Assembly (NCBI GenBank): GCA_002269645.1
Contig: NIVC01000894.1
Coordinates: 186,001 to 250,000 of the forward strand
Direction: 5' to 3'
Source: Macrostomum lignano
Lineage: Eukaryota
DNA: 64,000 nucleotides
Shown here piece after piece: positions 60,008 through 64,000 of the stretch. Under the pieces are notes generated by a model. The model searched no databases. It had not been told where the DNA came from and saw only the letters and a list, made by a program, of their open reading frames with translations. Both the position numbers and the translations under genes were made by a program. Within the stretch, counting starts at the first letter, position 1. Each line of letters begins with the position of its first letter.

Positions 60008-60458
60008 TCTTTGAGATTCTGAGTTGCTGAGAGATTCTGAGTTGCTGAGAGATTCTGAGATGCTGAGAGACTCTGAGATGCTGAGAGATTCTTAGATGCT
60101 GAGAGATTCTGAGATGCTGAGAGATTCTGAGATGCTGAGAGATTCAGAGATGCTGAGAGATTCTGAGATGCTGAGAGATTCTGAGATGCTGAGAGACTCT
60201 GAGATGCTGAGAGATTCTGAGATGCTGAGAGACTCTGAGATGCTGAGAGATTCTGAGATGCTGAGAGATTCTGAGATGCTGGGAGATTCTGAGATGCTGA
60301 GAGATTCAGAGATGCTGAGAGATTCTGAGATGCTGAGAGATTCTGAGATGCTGAAAGATTCTGAGATGCTGAAAGATTCTGAGATGCTGAGAGATTCTGA
60401 GATGCTGAGAGATTCAGAGATGCTGAGAGATTCTGAGATGCTGAGAGATTCTGAGATG
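60008..60458. repeat. 18-bp minisatellite (TTCTGAGATGCTGAGAGA)n
   Basis: Read directly from the sequence. Confidence 0.95.
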
Positions 60459-60474
60459 CAAAGAGGGCACAGAC

Positions 60475-61048
60475 TAATGAATAGAACCGGACACAAGCCA
60501 ATGAATAGAACCGGACACAAACCAGTGAATAGAACCGGACACAAACAAGTGAATAGAACCGGACACAAACAAGTGAATAGAACCGGACACAAACCAGTGA
60601 ATAGAACCGGACACAAACAAGTGAATAGAACCGGACACAAACCAGTGAATAGAACCGGACACAAACCAGTGAATAGAACCGGACACAAACAAGTGAATAG
60701 AACCGGACACAAACAAGTGAATAGAACCGGACACAAACCAGTGAATAGAACCGGACACAAACAAGTGAATAGAACCGGACACAAACAAGTGAATAGAACC
60801 GGACACAAACAAGTGAATAGAACCGGACACAAACAAGTGAATAGAACCGGGCACAAACAAGTGAATAGAACCGGACACAAACAAGTGAATAGAACCGGAC
60901 ACAAACAAGTGAATAGAACCGGACACAAACAAGTGAATAGAACCGGACACAAACAAGTGAATAGAACCGGACACAAACAAGTGAATAGAACCGGACACAA
61001 ACAAGTGAATAGAACCGGACACAAACAAGTGAATAGAACCGGACACAA
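60475..61048. repeat. 24-bp minisatellite (GAATAGAACCGGACACAAACAAGT)n, about 24 copies
   Basis: Read directly. A roughly single copy of the monomer exists at about 32175-32200. Confidence 0.96.
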
Positions 61049-63084
61049 AATAGGGCACCAGCGCAGTCAGAATTAAGAGTAGCAGAAGTTCCACAGTTAG
61101 CTGAAGAGAAGCAATGATGGCAGAGGTCTGTCTCGGGCAGACTACGTGGGCGGTGGCATCTGGTGGATGCTTCGACGAGTTGAAAGCGTCTTGCACAGCT
61201 GAAGCAGAAGAGCGCTGCTGCCGATTTTATTAGAAATTCAGTGGCCATTTTTCGGAGAAAACAGTCTATGGTATAACCCCGTTCAGCGCTATGTAAAAGT
61301 ACATGTCATGTCCTCTCTAAGAATTCGATAATTTGAAGTACAGTTCGATAATAGTACATTCTCCCGTGTACAGACACTCGCTTAGACTCTCAGAAAAAAC
61401 ACGGAAGTCCTCTGTGTCCCTACATGGTCAATGCGATCGGGTCCCAGCAGTGTCCTTTTTACGTTCCGTATAAAGGAGAATTCGAGACCGAGATACCTGG
61501 CTTGTATTCAGCCAATCAGACACGAGCAGTGCATCTCTCAGACACTGTCTTCTCAGACGATAGTCGCAGCATCTTTAGGACTCTGTGCGAGCCTGCGTGG
61601 AACTTCTGAATCATTCACCCGGTAATTACTTTTTCAGTTCTTCAAGCAAGCACATTTATAAAAGTCAAATACTACATAGCTTGCGCTGGCCCATTCACTT
61701 ATCATTTCCTTATCTGCGCTGGCACCCGCTTAGGTATATCAGTAGTGTTATGTCTTCCTTTGCACCGAAGAAAGACGGAAGATAGTGTTTGAGCGTTTGC
61801 GAGCTTATGCCACTCGAGAGCATAGCCGTTTCAGAAACTTAATATAATTCTTTAGCTCGCGAGCCGTCTCAAGCATTTAATACTGTACCGAGTATCTAAA
61901 GTTTCAACCCTAGACACTTTAGAAGCAGAAAGCAAACTAGGCCGAAGTCTATAAGAAGTCAGAAGTCACGTCACAACAAGTAGCAACGTGAGCCTCAGTG
62001 TATTAGTGGCACAGGGACTGTTAATTTCTTTAAGAACTGCTCTATTCTGAGTATTTAGTAGTCCCCGTAGTTGCACCAGCGCCTTCAATCTATCACTTTA
62101 CTACTCTACTACTTTATCACAGAATACTGATTCCATAGCTCGTATTACTAAAAATTATACTATTACATAATGTTTTATTCAAGGAAGATACATTAAAACA
62201 ACTAAAATCTGTTAGAGTGGAAATCAGGGTACGATAGAGAGGCTGATGACTTGTCATGTTGATGCAGCCAGTTCTGCAGCTTCCTTTGGTGCTCATAATT
62301 GATAGCGAGATCACTGATCTCGGAGTTTTGCTGTCTCATCTCATTTGATTGAAGTTCATTGTCTTAAAATTGATTATGTATAAAATCGTCAAGCCCGATA
62401 CAAATTTCTACAAGTTTCTAGCACTCGCTTTGCCAGACAAACATGCTACATGTTTTTTAGTTTGCTCTCTTATCTTTGCAATCTCATTGCAGTTCGACAG
62501 TGCAGTAAAAGTGACTCTCAGCATAGAGAAATTATACTGTCCCACCACAGAGACCTTTTGATTCTGCCGCACCTCGCCACGCACTCTTCAGGCAAATGAT
62601 CCTGTATAAATGGTGAAAATCGTTGCATTTGTTGCGCACTACGGGCTGCTCTGTTTGCGGCTTATCATGAAATTAATACCACAAGCCCTAAATACACACA
62701 TTATCAAATGTATTTCAACCGCTTTCATAGAATGCTTTAACAAAGGAATCAACTTTGACAAAGGCGGCTTGGAAAACTCTCACATTCCATAGCAAAAGAA
62801 ATTTCCAGTAACAAAGTTTGGAGTCTGAGTGGGTGTGAAGAAAATGAGAAAGGTACAAGCAGTGAGGTGTGCAATAAAAACACAGCAGACCCCGAGATGA
62901 AAAAGACACTTGGATGTCGATCTTCTGCTTGTTGAAGAGCCTAATGCTCACTGTGTTTAGATTAAAGATGTTTCAAGACTCCTTAAAAAAACAAATCATT
63001 ATGAAGCTGCAGCGATCTGCCGATAGTCTAAAATATAACAGTGGACCTGAGAAAAGCTTGCAGAGCACGAATTAACCTGTAAAG

Positions 63085-64000
63085 ATGACCCACATACTCG
63101 CTTACTACAGATGGGGGCGGAACGCCGCGATTAGGCCTCTAGGCTCCTATCGCAACCCAAAGCTAAAAAACGGAGAGCGTCAGGCTTGGGGCAGCGCCCA
63201 CCCCTCCTCAGCGGTAGAAGGGCTCGCGAGAGAGCCGTCTGTGATGATCATCTGGCCGGTGTCCTGGACGAATGCGCGAAGGTCCCGGGTGGTCAGCTCA
63301 TCCAACCTTAGCGGGTACGGTAGCTAAGCTGGTGTCTCCGCGATAAGTTCAAGTGCGAGCAGAAGGTGACATGGTGCGCCGCAGTTTCCTACTCCAAGTA
63401 GCAAAAAGCGATTAGGGAGCAGCTACTTTGTGTTCAAAGTGTCTTTGGAAGAAGCCATTGTCAGTAATGATAATACACACTGAGATCAGTTTTACTCAAG
63501 GAGATGAGGCATTCAGATACTTTCCGGTTGATTGGAGGCATCGCAGCGCACATTGCTCATATTCGGTGCAGCCTCTCCAGTGCAGCTGGTGTTGGTGGCT
63601 GCCGAACCATTTGCGAATTGCGCGGTTGACGGATGACTTCGGGGCAGGCAGCTCGACCGAGTGCTGCGCTCCACCCAGGGTGCTGCCTCGCTTGACCAGT
63701 GAATCCACCATCTCGTTGCCAAGGATATCGCTGTGGCCTGGTGTCCAGATCACGTTGATCCAATTGAGAATCGCCGCTAGCTTTTGCAAGCTTTTGAAAC
63801 AAGCTGAAATTCTGACTTGGCCGATTGCTCGATGAAAGACAAGGCCTTAATAGCGGCCTGGTGGTCAGAGTAGAAACTATGTCAAAGTTCATGCAGTTGC
63901 TTAGTACATTAGTTGATGCTTTATGAATTGAAAATCGAGATATATACATACCAACTCGAATAAAGGCTCTCTTTAAGGAGCGCCTCACCGTTGTGGAAAA
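63085..64000 (-). mobile_element. Second copy of the RNase H-containing LINE (3' part), continuing beyond the window
   Basis: [25 protein letters not shown] (63496-63789 ORF). Collinear with 48130-49060, including the 3' flank. Confidence 0.85.

Noticed and set aside
17485-61048. 27-, 47-, 64- and 24-bp tandem repeats as possible CRISPR arrays
   Set aside because: The repeats are head-to-tail with no unique spacers, there are no cas genes, and the context is eukaryotic.
652-61248. Long low-complexity ORFs (e.g. 32183-33907, 37815-40229, 60004-61248, 16532-17227, 9077-9769, 13088-13912)
   Set aside because: They are translations of micro/minisatellites, open in several frames or strands, with no non-repetitive domain and no copy-to-copy conservation.
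1300-62260. Hammerhead ribozyme cores (CTGATGA/CTGACGA hits at e.g. 30489, 49199, 58746, 62243)
   Set aside because: None has a pairable stem II followed by GAAA with closing stems.

Overview
This is eukaryotic, intron-containing, minisatellite-rich DNA. The short GC-rich exons and dense tandem repeats resemble a free-living flatworm such as Macrostomum; that is inference only. The left end holds two housekeeping genes on the minus strand: an Ap4A hydrolase (NUDT2-like) and a two-exon prefoldin 5 (PFDN5). From about 11 kb to 56 kb lies a tandem array of four paralogues of one multi-exon gene, which I reconstructed from splice sites and reading phases. The gene encodes a variable N-terminal exon, two ankyrin-repeat blocks and MEKK/STE11-like kinase domain(s). 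Copies 1 and 2 carry two kinase domains in tandem (ANK-ANK-K1-K2, about 960 and 1024 aa if single-base deletions are corrected). Copy 3 has lost the kinase. Copy 4 is an intact 702-aa ORF with one chimeric kinase lacking the catalytic lysine. Amino-acid differences between copies concentrate on the ankyrin binding face and the kinase substrate-facing loops, a pattern reminiscent of an immune-receptor cluster. The intergenic DNA is a mosaic of duplicated blocks, minisatellites, hAT MITEs, LTR-like solos and LINE (RT/RNase H) remnants, plus a candidate small secreted Cys-peptide family. No rRNA, tRNA or CRISPR array was recognised. Most long low-complexity ORFs in the track are repeat artefacts.
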